DNA of 43,175 nt, from assembly GCF_006345805.1 (NCBI RefSeq), contig NW_021835351.1, positions 1-43,175 on the forward strand, read 5' to 3'. The notes beneath the pieces were generated by a model. The model was not told where the DNA came from, ran no database searches, and worked only from the letters and a program-made list of their open reading frames with translations. The position numbers and the translations under genes are program-made. Source of the stretch: Octopus sinensis (Eukaryota). This document shows, piece by piece, positions 25,302-37,202 of this stretch (positions are counted from its first letter, which is position 1; each line of letters opens with the position of its first letter).

Positions 25302-25990
25302 CACATATGCATATACACACACACACACACATATATATAAATATAGAATTAATATATATATATTTATATACACGTATTTATACCCATACATATATATTCA
25401 TATATATTCATACGCATTTATAATATATATATATCTATATATATATATATATATATATGTGTATGTGTTATGTTTGGTATTTATTGAGAAATGTAAAATG
25501 GCGTGATACATATATTGATACAATTTTAATCGACCGTTCACTGTCCTCGTTTCTCAATTGTAAAGATATGTTGCTGTGTTCTCTTTATTTAACGGAAGAC
25601 GTCAACAAAGATAACTTACAAACAATACACGGTGAAATCGTGCAGAAACGAAGATAGAGCGAGCTACCACTGGACGTTTCAATAGTTTTTCCAAGCAATT
25701 TCTTGCAGGAATCAATCAGCAATTAAATAACGAAAAAACAAACACAGTGAATAGAAGAAATAATCTAAACCAATGTGCGTTGTGTATGTGTGGTGTGTGT
25801 TTGTGTGTGTGTGTGTGTGAGTGTGTGTATGCCTGTGTGTGTGTGTATGCCTGTGCGTGTGTAGTTATGTATATGTGCGTAAAGGTAGAGAAAGTATATC
25901 TTTCCGCTCAGTAACGAGTAAAAATAATATATATATATATATATATATATTATAGTATATATATATATATATATATAGATATATATATAT
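24660..25990. repeat. Head-to-tail duplication of a ~0.67-kb block
   Basis: GAGAAATGTAAAATGGCGTG at ~24800 and ~25487; CTCAGTAACGAGTAAAAAT at ~25217 and ~25906. Confidence 0.95.
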
Positions 25991-26434
25991 AGCATATTAC
26001 ACACACACACACACACATATAATATATATATATATATAATATATATTATATATATATTATGTGTATATGTATACGTATATATATATATTATATATATATA
26101 TAAATATACATATACATAACATACATATATATATTGCATATACATATATATATATACTATACATATATACGTATATATACACATATATATGTACATGCAT
26201 ATATATGCACACATATATACATATATACACACATATATTATATGTACACACGCATATATGTACACATCTATGTATGCATACATACATACATACATACATA
26301 CATACATGCATACACACACACACATATATATATATGTGTATATTTATATAAAGAAACAGAGAGAAAGTGAAACTACTTTCCTTCTCAGTATTGTTGTATC
26401 GTGCTGCACCATTTCAGTAGAACAGAAAGCTAAC

Positions 26435-26567
26435 CTGTCTCGGAAAATAATCTCTGACGCAGAATTTCAATCCTCCGTTGTGTCAAGGCCGTTTTGTCTA
26501 AGCTGTCTGTTCCAATAATAACCGCAGCTTGAATTATACATGTTGCAGCGTACAAGAAACTAATCAT
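26435..26567 (-). CDS. Candidate first coding exon of a secreted or membrane protein (signal-peptide-like)
   Basis: AAGATG start; MISFLYAATCIIQAAVIIG-TDSLDKTALTQRRIEILRQRLFSET-G; ends at donor ACAG|GTTAGC (phase 1) in unique, non-repeat sequence. No downstream exon identified. Confidence 0.4.
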
Positions 26568-27164
26568 CTTCCGAAGACGGAATATTACCAAAGTAGTTAA
26601 AATGTTGCGTAAAATCTCTTGTGTTCTTTGTTTCGTTTGTCTGTGATCCGATTTGAAATTCCAGCTAGAAAATCCAAACATTTTCCTCTTAATTCCGAAT
26701 TTCCATTCTTTGTTATTTTTGTTCTACCAGTCTGAGATTTCGAATCTACCAAGGGGGTACCCGAGATATTTCCTTTTAGCCATCACCCGCTCACTCTCTG
26801 TTTCTCTCTCTTTCTCTCATTCACTATCTCTCTCGGTCTCTCTCACCATCTCTTTCAAACGTGTGCTATCTGCATTCATATATACACATTGATACATGCA
26901 TATATACATACGTGTATATATATATTATATTAGATGTGTGTGTATGTATATATGTAAACAGGTATGTGTGTGTGTTTATTGCATTGTAAGAATTATATGT
27001 AATGCTTTTGAAAATAGATTTCACACAGAGGAAATATGCACAGTCTGGCCTCAGGAAAATCTCAGACTAGAGTTTCAACTTCTCAAGTGATGAATATGGA
27101 ATACATACATGTTATATATATAACTATGTATGTATATGTATACAATATTATATATATATATATA

Positions 27165-27208
<44 letters not shown>

Positions 27209-27431
27209 TATATATAGGCTGTATATATATATATATCTATATATATATATATATATACAAAAGCATATATAATATATGTAATATATTATCTTATATATAT
27301 ACATATATATATACATATAAATACATATACATACATATATATACATATATACATATATATACATATAAATATATACATATATATACATATATATATATAT
27401 ATACATATCTATATATATATACATATCTATC

Positions 27432-27470
<39 letters not shown>

Positions 27471-27542
27471 CTATACATGTATGTGTGTATGCGTTTATAT
27501 CTATCTAAAACCTATCTGTTTATCTACCTCTCTCTCACTCTA

Positions 27543-27601
<59 letters not shown>

Positions 27602-28089
27602 ATATATATACATACATATATATATATATATATAATATATATATATATATACATACATTTATTATATATGTGCGCGTGTGTGTATAAGATAGATATAGAT
27701 ATAGAAATAGAGACATAAAAATATGCACATATGTTTGTATGTATGTATGAACGTACACAACCAACACATTCACACACAAACACACATATATACACACTGC
27801 GCACAAACACACACACATATAAACGTTGACGATGGAAAAGAATTTCGTATGGAATTACTTCGTGTTAGAAACTATTCTTAGATACTAGAGAAAGACATAA
27901 AACTAAAAATGAAAGCAAATGATTATCACTTAGCCTTGAGAAACGATATTTGAAAATACCTCATGCATAAATCTATTTCGATGTTATCAAAATAACGCAG
28001 GATCTTACACATCCAAATTCATATAAAGAACCGTTAATTATTTCCAGTCTGAAATATGTCTAAGTTACATGTTTGCGCAAGAGCAGCGT

Positions 28090-28490
28090 GTTGGTGTTTG
28101 TTTGTTTGTTTGTTGAGCGAAGCGGTCTTCGTCCCAGAGCTCGCAAGATCGCGCCTCTGTAGTGGGAGAAGTCCGAAACGTGGTCCTTTGCTATTCGTAT
28201 GACCCTCAGAAGAGAAAGCTGGTCAACCCCCGACACCGAGAGCATCGACGGATGGATAAATGCGCATCCAGGCTCAGCGGTTGCGTAGGAAGTCGGGGAC
28301 AAGAAACACGAAGAAAAAGTGAGAGAAAGTTGGAGCGAAAGAGTACAACAGGGGTCGCCACTACCCCCTGCCGGAGCCTCGTGGAACTTTAGGTGTTTTC
28401 TCTCAATAAACACACACAACGCCCTGTCTGGGAATCGAAACCGCGAGTCCGCTGTCCTAACCACTGGGCTTTTGCGCGTCCATGCGTGTT
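28090..28490 (-). mobile_element. ~400-bp tRNA-derived SINE with (AAAC)n tail
   Basis: Minus head GCCCAGTGGTTAGGACAGCGGACTCGCGGTTTCGATTCCCAG (A/B-box-like), GC-rich body, ending CGCTCAACAAACAAACAAAC. Confidence 0.75.
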
Positions 28491-28678
28491 GGTGTTGAAG
28501 TACGTGGTATCTTCATCAGCGATGGTATAAACTGAATGGAAACTAATAAGACAATGATTTCAAGGAAACATGACCTAATAATATTTAATTTGTGAACTTA
28601 AAAGTTCAAGATCAATTTCTTGTCATTAAAATTTATCTTGGCGGCAGTTTACAAAATGGGATTGTCATAGAATAATAA

Positions 28679-28850
28679 TCTATTATATAAAATCCGTTCT
28701 GTCTGTCTGTGTGTGTCTTCTAGGATCTCGGGCATCCTCCATCCGATTGCGCTCAAATTTGATATGTAGACATCGACGGTATCAGAGCGTGTATAAGTCT
28801 TGAAGAAATTACAAAAATCGATTCCAGGTGAGAATGCGATCGATAAAGCC
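28679..28850 (+). mobile_element. Helitron-like non-autonomous element, 5' end
   Basis: A|TCTATTATATAAAATCCGTTCTGTCTGTCTGTGTG...CCGATTGCGCTCAAATTTG is a typical animal Helitron 5' terminus. No CTAG 3' end was found. Confidence 0.5.
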
Positions 28851-28900
28851 GTTTTTGTCTTGCTTTACTTCCGTCTACTTGTACATAACCGCACATTCCA

Positions 28901-29158
28901 TTTTTTGTTGTTTTTGTACTGCGTAAAGGCATGTTTCTTTCCTGCCAAGCTTACTGTTTAAACCATGTTTATGTCCTCCCAGTCAACAACCTTATCATTA
29001 CTGGTACTTTAAACTCTTCGGTTGCATATTTTTTGTTGTTTTTGCACTGCTAAAAGGCATGTTCCTTTCCTGCCAAACTTACTGTTTAAACCATGTTTGT
29101 GTCCTCCCAGTCAACAACCTTATCATTACTGGTACTTTAAACTCTTCGGTTGCATATT
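28901..29158. repeat. Two tandem copies of a 128-bp unit, only a few substitutions apart
   Basis: TTTTTTGTTGTTTTTG.ACTGC at 28901 and 29029; both copies end CTCTTCGGTTGCATA. Confidence 0.95.
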
Positions 29159-29246
29159 TGTGCGTATAAAATCGTTTTTCTATGGAATAACAAAAAAAGT
29201 CTATCGTTATTTCTTCTTTTGCTGGTGTCTCAAATTTAGGTTAAAT

Positions 29247-29301
29247 CAGTGTTTCTCAAAGGCCTATGGGACGGTCGGACAAGTTGTTTTGAGAAAATCT
29301 G
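29247..29301. mobile_element. 55-bp hAT/Charlie-type MITE
   Basis: TIRs CAGTGTTTCTCAA / TTGAGAAAATCTG; 8-bp TSD GGTTAAAT / GTTTAAAT (7/8 match). Confidence 0.7.
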
Positions 29302-29559
29302 GTTTAAATATTTGATAACTCAGCACCGTCCATTTGACGGAGGGGGTGGGCGTTTTGCTCGTGATAAATATATCTCTTGAATTTAAGAAAGTAATAAGCC
29401 TCTACCAAACGAAACCTTATCTCTCCGAAAGTATCTTCTCTGTGTATCAGTGTGTATCTACGTGTTTGTGTGTGTGTGGGTGTATTCATTTTACTCATTT
29501 CAGCCATGTGGTTGCGGTCATGCTGTAGCACCACCGTGGTCTTGCAGATTTCCTCACTT

Positions 29560-30290
29560 TGGGGTGCTTCACATCAGCACTCCTGTATGTGCCTCTGTCC
29601 CAGCTGTTGGCCCATTTGGTGTATAAGGAAGTTTGATTCCACTGCCCTCGTCTGCACCTCATGTCGGGCCGTTGGTTCTTTCAGCAATATGGAGAGGAGG
29701 ATGTCTAGTTCCTTTTTCAAGACATCTACTTTCACCTTATGCAGATTTCTTAATTTTTGTGGCAGGGCATCGAAGAACCGTGAGCATTTGAACCCTAGAC
29801 TATTGCAGCACCTGGTCCTGAATTGAGATGGAGTGGGTGGTAGTTTTGTTACAATACAATGACGGCCTGTTCTGGCATTTTTATAACGCTCAATGCCGAA
29901 ATTAGTGATACCACTAGTACTTTGTTCCCGGACGTGGTTTTGGTTTCAGTTCTAATGTGTGGCTCTGTATGTCGTGGGTGTCCCCTACTATAGCTCCGGG
30001 CCGAATAGTACCTTGTGAGAAAATTTGGAAGTGAAGTGGCGTTGGAATATCTCAAGCTCTGATGTTAGTTTCGCTCTATGTGGTAACCATAACTGGAAGC
30101 AGTAGTTCAGGCGCCTCAGAACAAAGGTTCTCCACAGAGTCAACATAGTTTCTTAGTGTCTTGTCTTGAAGGTCCTCAGTATCCAAGCTGTATCTGGAAA
30201 CTCTGGGCGCAATCCCATGGTCATTTAGGCAATATATTTCTCAGATCTGTGTAAGCTTGTACTGCCTTATCTTTCAAAGGTCATGTGCGT
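29560..30290 (-). mobile_element. CR1-like LINE C-terminal remnant, interrupted by a SINE fragment (~29930-30040)
   Basis: WILRTFKTRH*ETMLTLWRTFVLRRLNYCFQLWLPH...ELEIFQRHFT and NFGIERYKNARTGRHC...NSLGFKCSRFFDALPQKLRNL...KKELD...ESNFLIHQM. Confidence 0.85.
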
Positions 30291-30949
30291 CCAAATACCT
30301 CCCATCTTTCTAAAAGAATACTCATGCTGATAAAAACTTCTCTTAAAATTATTTTCAGCTTCCTTATAACAATTTGGTAAAATATATTCAGAGATGTGCA
30401 ACTTTTACATAGTAAGTATGGATTTTGAAATAATCGAAGCATTTAATAAACAATTTATGTGCATATGACAATTATATGAACGGCAGGTAATTGACGTAGA
30501 TGGTTGCTGATAAAATTTTACTATCGATTTTTTAATATCTTGGTGGTAAAATTATGTGCGCAACTAAAGCTAAATTTATCATTATTTCTATTAAACATTT
30601 TATAGTTATAATTCTTATGTGTTAGCTGTTTATCGACATATGCATATATATATATTGAAACAGCATGACGTATTAAACCAAATGGTTTTATCTTTTCTAT
30701 TTTCGCCTGTCTGACAATTAATATTAATTATATAATTAATCGATAGTTTATTGTGCAAATGTATTTATAGCTGATAATTCACTTTCCAGAGATTATATCG
30801 CGTTAACTGGAAATAATTTTAAATACAAATTAATCAAAAGAAATCTGGAAAACCATTTGCACACATTTATCAAAATACGTTTGGTGTTTGAGAAATAGAA
30901 ACATTTCTGGATATAAAATAATTTCCGGTACAGATTTTACCTTTTATAT

Positions 30950-31150
30950 TATATTCGTTTAAATCAGTGGACCGAGGCCAAGCTGGAACATTGATTGAAG
31001 GCGTAAATCGAAGAAATGGGTCCCAGTACTTGTTTTTAATTCTGGTCCTTTTTCCTCAATTCATTAGACACTGTTCTCGAACAACTAAGTTTAAGCTACA
31101 GGAAGGTAAACAAAGGTAAACCAATTGCTAAGCAGTGGGGAAACACAGAC
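30950..31150. mobile_element. Diverged SINE of the CAGTCATTTGACTGCGGCC family
   Basis: AAATCAGTGGACCGAGGCCAAGCTGGAAC...CCCAGTACTTG...AAGTTTAAGCTACAGG parallels 39685-39810. Confidence 0.5.
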
Positions 31151-31899
31151 ACAAAATGATATATACGTGTATGTATGTATGTATGTGTGTATGTATGTAT
31201 GTATGTATATATGTATGTATGTAGTGTTGTATTTGGGGATGGTCAATGTTTTTTGGCAAATAAACACGCCCTATATATTTGTTCTTCACTCATTTATTAC
31301 TGTTCTTAATTTTTCATTTTATGTCCGGAAATCTTTCGTCACTCATCTATGACCTCTTCAGCGACACTTTTCCCTTTCGTGTGTGCTCTAGTCCCACTCA
31401 CTCCATTCTGCTCTTCTATGACATGTATGCGTTTGCGTCAGTGTTTGTGTGTGTGTGTGTGTGTGTAAATGTGTGTATGTGTGTGTGTGTGCTTGTGTGT
31501 GTCATTGTTCTTAGCAGCACTGTGGCATTCCCCTCAGCCTGATCCCTCACTCCCATTCTGCTGCTGTTTTCCTAGAAACCGAAAATTTGGTACAGTTCCT
31601 GTATCTCTCTGTGTTTGTGTATTCGCCCACAGCGTTGCAAACGTGGTAGTTGTTGTTGTCTTATTGCCAATCGTTTTCTCTATCGCTGCTGCTGTCGTTG
31701 TTAGTCATGTTGTTGATATTGTTGTAGTCGTCCGTGAAGTTCTTGAAGTATTTAATGTTGTTTTATGTATTCTATTTTGCTTGTAAATATTTTATGTGAT
31801 TTGGATAATATATTTGTTTGATGAAAATTAAAAAATGCGAATTACAATCAATGTAATTTCAGCTTAAAATATAAATCTATATATTGGTTTCAAATTTTG

Positions 31900-32100
31900 G
31901 CCCAAAGCCATCAATTTGGGGGGAGTGACCAAGAGGGGTTAAGGCCACCCCAGAACTCAACAGGTACTTATTTTATCAACCGGGAAAGGATGAAATGCAC
32001 AATCAGCTTCGGCAGAATTTCAACTCGGATCGTAGAGACGGACGAAATGGCGGTATGCAGTTTGCCCAGGGTGTTAACAGTTCTGCCTGCTCGTCAGCTA
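31900..32100 (-). mobile_element. Diverged Deu/Nin-domain-type SINE
   Basis: GGTACTTATTTTATCAACCGGGAAAGGATGAAA...GGCAGAATTTCAACTC...GTTAACAGTTCTGCC parallels 33780-33910. Confidence 0.7.
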
Positions 32101-32645
32101 AATTGAAAATATAGTGTAGATATTAATACAATGACACGTTGGTACCTGAATATTTGGGAGTTGTGCCAGTGGGTAGCATGGTACCACACACACATACACA
32201 CACTCACACAGACACACTTGCATACACGCATATACACATATAATACATGTGTGTATGTGTGTGTGCGCGTATTTCTGCTCCTTATCTTTTTAATTGGGAG
32301 TGAATTTCGACCAGCCACCAACTTCGTAGCAAGTCTTTGAAGAAATGTATCTTGGATTAACCATCATCATTTAAATTTTGAGGAGGTCCTGCAGGTTTTC
32401 ATAGTTGTTCCAAATGTTAACAATGGTTAGAATAACATGTATAGGCAATATGTAAAAGAAAATTAAAAACATGGAGAAATGGTAGAGCTGTAAGTTTAAG
32501 ACCAAATCACTGATTAAACGTCATATTTTTCGTTTCCGGTTCTTTTGCTCTGTGTTCAAACCAAATTCTCTAAGCTAGTGAGTTTCCGTTCCATCTCTGT
32601 ACAGCACTGAAAATTGGAAAGACGATCATAAGAAATAAAATAATA

Positions 32646-33349
32646 TTGAGGTGTCCGGAAAGTTCGTGCTGATTTTTAAAGGAAAGAAAAGGGTCAATAA
32701 ATACTTGCCATTACCCACGCTTTACCAAGTGCTCATGAACGACGGATTTTGATAGGTTGAGGCTTTCTTGTCAATTCTCGAGTTATGCAATGTGGGTTAT
32801 TCTCAATTAATTACTTGATTTGGTCATCATCTATAGTGGATGGTCTGCCTGATCGCTCTTTATCAATAAGGCTACAATCTCCAGCTCGAACCACTTCCGT
32901 ACAGTTGTTTCGGATAAAGAGACATCACCGTAAACTGCGCATATTTCTATGGTTGCTTGTAAAGCATTTTTCCTTTTACGGAAAAAGAAAAGCATCAAGT
33001 GCCGAAAATGAGCTTTCTTATCTTCAGAGACCTGAGTAAGTGGAAATCCGAAGGAGCAATATCTGGTGAATACGGAGGGTGGGGTAACACATCCCAGCCG
33101 AGCTGCGGCAATTTTTTTCTGGTTCCCAAAGCATCAAGTGCCGAAAATAAACTTTCTTATCTTGCATTTTAAAGGGTTACAGAATTAACACAGGTTATAG
33201 GAACATAAACCTTCTTCCCCGAAAAGATAGCTTAAACTGTGTTCTAAATGGATGTGTAGTCAAATCATATTTAATGGACTCAACCATGTTCTAAAGTAAG
33301 TCGAAAGGTAAGCTATTATAAATCGTCACGAACTTTACGGACAGCACAA
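32646..33349 (-). mobile_element. 704-bp internally deleted and rearranged mariner with both TIRs and TA TSD
   Basis: TIRs TTGAGGTGTCCGGAAAGTTCGTGCTGATTT (32646-32675) and AAATCGTCACGAACTTTACGGACAGCACAA (33320-33349), with TA on both sides. Peptides HFRHLMLFFFRK.KNA...ICAVYGD...ETTVRKWF...RSGRPST.DDDQIK and WDVLPHPPYSPDIAPSDFHLLRSL. Confidence 0.9.
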
Positions 33350-33564
33350 TAATAATTATCATATGATAAATAAATACAACAAAATAGCATCTCCTTCTTA
33401 ATCAAGCATCAGCAAACGCCATTGGACTCAAATCTTCATCATTGTTCTTCTCAGAAATTTGTGTCATTGCAACAAACAAATTATTGCTATTGTTCGTTGA
33501 TACAGAAAACCTTATTACAAATTATTATCGTTAATTGTCCTCATTATTATTTGCTAATAAAGGA

Positions 33565-33695
<131 letters not shown>

Positions 33696-33696
33696 C

Positions 33697-33915
33697 TATT
33701 TCTATACTACCCACAGGGGGCTAAACACAGAGGGACAAACAAGGACAGACAAACGGATTAAGTCGATTACGTTGACCCCGGTGCGTAACTGGTACTTAAT
33801 TTATCGACCCCGAAAGGATGAAAGGCAAAGTCGACCTCGGCGGAATTTGAACTGAGGACGTAACCGCTAGGCATTTCACCCGGCGTGCTAACGTTTCTGC
33901 CAGCTCGCCGCCTTC
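33697..33915 (-). mobile_element. Relatively young Deu/Nin-domain-type tRNA SINE
   Basis: Minus read AAGGCGGCGAGCTGGCAGAAACGTTAGCACGCCGGG...GTTCAAATTCCGCCGAGGTCGACTTTGCCTTTCATCCTTTCGGGGTCGATAAATTAAGTACCAG; closely similar to 41553-41778. Confidence 0.85.
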
Positions 33916-34171
33916 AACTACTACTACTACTACTACTACTAACACTACTAGAAATATCCTAAGACCTTGTGTTTATAGTAGACCGCATCATTATTATTAT
34001 TATTATTATTATTGATATATTTATTATCATTATTATTATCATCGTCATGACTTTTATTATAATTTATGACTGTTGTGGGTGTTCTTTTTTTAGCTTTTGT
34101 TTATACGTATTCCATCATCCTGCACCAAATTACATTTTGACGACAATGTGAAGAACTAAACAAATATAGAA

Positions 34172-34216
<45 letters not shown>

Positions 34217-34759
34217 AAAAACGGCTTTGAGTTGACTGAATGTAAGAGACAATGAGTTAACTTGAAAGGCCGCATAAAGAATATTAATGAAATTGTATTA
34301 AAGAAAAATAGAACAATAGCGAAAGTTCTTTTTCTGAAAACAAAAATAACTGAAATGTTGACAAGAGCAATAATCTTTCAGAAAATATGCTTTTCAAATA
34401 TTACGAGAAATTCTTTAGATTGCTGTCATGGAATTATAATAGCCATTTCTCACAATATGCAGGATGGCGACACATTACAATGATACAAAAGGATAAAGTA
34501 TGACATTGCTAATTGGAAAATTTAGTTTAATGTCCGTATTTTTATTCGAAAAATGTGAACTACAATTTTTTTTCAGCGTAATGGAATGGTGATGGTATCA
34601 GCATTGTTCATTGAGCGATGGCTGTTAAGAAACTGGGGTTGTCTAGTCATGTGTCTTGTTCTATTGTTTAACAATCTTCTCTAGGTCGAGCACTATGAAA
34701 CACTGACCATTTTTACTGGTAATTCTTAAGAGGTTTATTGTATTATGCCGCAGAATTAA

Positions 34760-34945
34760 GATGGCGAACTGGCAGAATCGTTAGCATTGAGTGAAGATTA
34801 AAGATGATTATACTACAGATTGGTTAGCGGACGTAGGATACAACGTCGTCGAGATGTTCCGTGTTCAAATTCTGCTGAGATCGACTTTGCCTATCATTTT
34901 TTTTGGTATTGAGAAAATAACGCACTTGCCAAGCACTGAAGTTGA
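34760..34945 (+). mobile_element. Diverged copy of the same SINE family, opposite strand
   Basis: GGCGAACTGGCAGAATCGTTAGCA...GTTCAAATTCTGCTGAGATCGACTTTGCCTATCAT. Confidence 0.7.
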
Positions 34946-35059
34946 ATTGCCTTTCTCTTCAAGATTGGTGGTCTTGTGCAAAATTTAACAAGAATTATCA
35001 TATCATTGAAACCAAATAAGTCAGGACAGATGTTAGCAAAATGTTGGTACAGGCAAAGG

Positions 35060-35440
35060 GAATGGCATCACAGTGCAGCGCTACGTTGACGAGATGTTAA
35101 GGCCTCACATCGTGCCCTACATCACGCGTCACCACAGACATATGTTCCAGCAGAAGAATCCTCCCTTCCACCATGGAGTTCGTGCGTCAGCGCAACAACA
35201 TAACCATCTCGGGATCGGCTCCTATCCCGGATTTGAACCCAGTTAAACATCTGTTGGATGAAATCCAGAAACGGCTGAACGAGGAGATCCCAAGGCCGAT
35301 ATCTCGTGTGGAACTGGAGGTAGCTTTCCTCAGGGTGTAGTTACAGGTGGCAATGACTTTTGTGAACCATCTCATGCACTCCATGTACCGACGGCCAATG
35401 GCCGTTTTGAACACTCAAGGAGGGCTTACACCGTATTGAA
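35060..35440 (+). mobile_element. Tc1-type transposase C-terminal (DDE) remnant
   Basis: QRYVDEMLRPHIVPY...MFQQKN and PDLNPVKHLLDEIQKRL...VNHLMHSMYRR..AVLNTQGGLTPY* match SPDLNPIEHLW and the SM..R...VI...GG.T.Y end of Tc1 transposases. Confidence 0.85.
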
Positions 35441-36064
35441 CATGTGACACCCTGCAATCTCAATGTGCTGGACCCGCCCACTATCAGAACACACAACAAC
35501 GATCCATAGATTGTGGCCAAAGTGCATCCAAGAAATTGACTTTATTAGATTTATCAAAATTTATATCTGACATAATGAAACGAAAACATATTTCACAGTC
35601 ACACACGTCTCGCGTGTCTTTTGCGGTTCAACGTATTTCGTAATAGAATACATACACACACATACGCACGCGCGCAAATACTTAAGCAAGGCAGATGGAG
35701 AAAATAAATTGTGCAGTACAAGTAAAAAAGGAAGCGTGGTGGGTGACATATGTCGAGAAATGTGCTGGACTTCTGCGAAAGCAATATTAATGTTGTATAT
35801 GGTTTTGTTGGGATTAACAGAAACGAACAGATAGCGGTACCTGCAAAGATATTCGTGTCAAGCTAACCTTGGTATTCAAACGAGGCGATATACAGTTTCA
35901 GTCAACGCAACTTCACATACATATTATGCATTATGGTTTGGGACTGAGGCAATGAGAATGACATTTATCCAAGATCCTCACGGTGGGCTCGAAGTTAGGG
36001 CTTATATGAATGGGTATATATACAACACGCACACATAAATGTATATATTATTTATGTCAGTTTG

Positions 36065-36340
36065 CAAGGCCTAGTGGTAAGTGTGTTTCGCTCATAATCG
36101 TGAGATCATGGTTTCATTTCCTGGTCCGGGTGCTACGTTGTGTTCTTCAGTAAAACACTTGATTTTACGTTTCTCTGCTATCACTTCAACGCTGTGGTAG
36201 ACTATACGCCAATTCAAGCAACGTCGATTTCATGGAGTGATTTAGCTTAAATACAGCACATACATTTGATCCCCATAGACAAATCACTTGTGCTAGTCGT
36301 TCGACAAACGTTGAACACTCATACATCGCGTCCAACGAGA
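36065..36340 (+). mobile_element. Diverged tRNA-derived SINE
   Basis: Head GGCCTAGTGGTAAGTGTGTTTCGCTCATAATCGTGAGATCATGGTTTCATTTCCTGG, followed by TTCAGTAAAACACTTGATTTTACG, similar to 41310. Confidence 0.6.
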
Positions 36341-36549
36341 GTCCATAATGTTATTTAGATTCATTATTCTCCAGCTAATCTGAGTTTTAATAGATACACA
36401 GTTGTGTAACGACAAGTGCAACTTAGAGTATTAAGTCACTGACTCGACCAAACTAAAATAGCAATGGTAATAACTATTGTAATGAGTGTCACTTTCTCTG
36501 CCAGTTAATGCTAAACATGAATACATCGACTGCCGGTCACTACAGCTTT

Positions 36550-36715
36550 TTTTTATTCTCTCTCTGTTTATTTTCTCGTGCTCCTTTCTGTTGAGGAGCG
36601 TAGGCTCGAAAAGCAAAATACTTTCCCACCTTCCCGAGCGTTAAACCAATACACCCGTTTGTTGTTTATACACCTGTCTTTGTCTTTTTTTTTTTGTAAA
36701 TTCCAACTATATATA
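36550..36715 (+). mobile_element. Short Penelope-like repeat with degenerate hammerhead-like fold
   Basis: CCTTT-CTGTTGA-G-GAGC-GTAG-GCTC-GAAA (36583-36611); 3' end AACTATATATA, as at 3735. Confidence 0.6.
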
Positions 36716-37202
36716 CATATATGTCTGTGTGTGTGGGGGGGGGTTGATAATTAGGAGAACAAAGAATTCGAACATTCAAATTTTATGTTTATTTACAGTT
36801 GGTTTATTCATAATAATTATCCGACACCTGTTTCGATCGCATTAATTGCCTATTGTTGCATATATATATGCAGCGTTTTATGCATAATTACGATCTTTTC
36901 AGGGCACATATATGTATATATAATATATATATATATATATATTAATATGATATTGTTCGAACAGAAAATTTCCCTCGTTATTAGTTTGAATTAGAATTAG
37001 AACTGCAATTAATGCTATCGAAACACGCGTCGGGCAATTATCACGAATAAACAAGCTCTAAATAGACATAAAATTTGAATGTTCAGGTTTTTTAATTCTC
37101 CTCATTATCAATATCGTACTTTACACTAAAAGTAGCCGGGAAAAAAAAACGGGCAACATCACATGGGAGTCAAAGGAAATTTACAATAATATGCACCAAC
37201 TG

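Noticed and set aside
28440-28490. tRNA gene (also the heads at 33880, 36070 and 42170)
   Set aside because: A/B-box-like heads continue into SINE bodies; no complete cloverleaf and no Pol III terminator.
36797-36900. PTPVSIALIAYCCIYICSVLCIITIF as a transmembrane helix of an ion channel
   Set aside because: Hydrophobicity is expected from AT-rich, TA-repeat-like sequence; no clear donor and no neighbouring exons.
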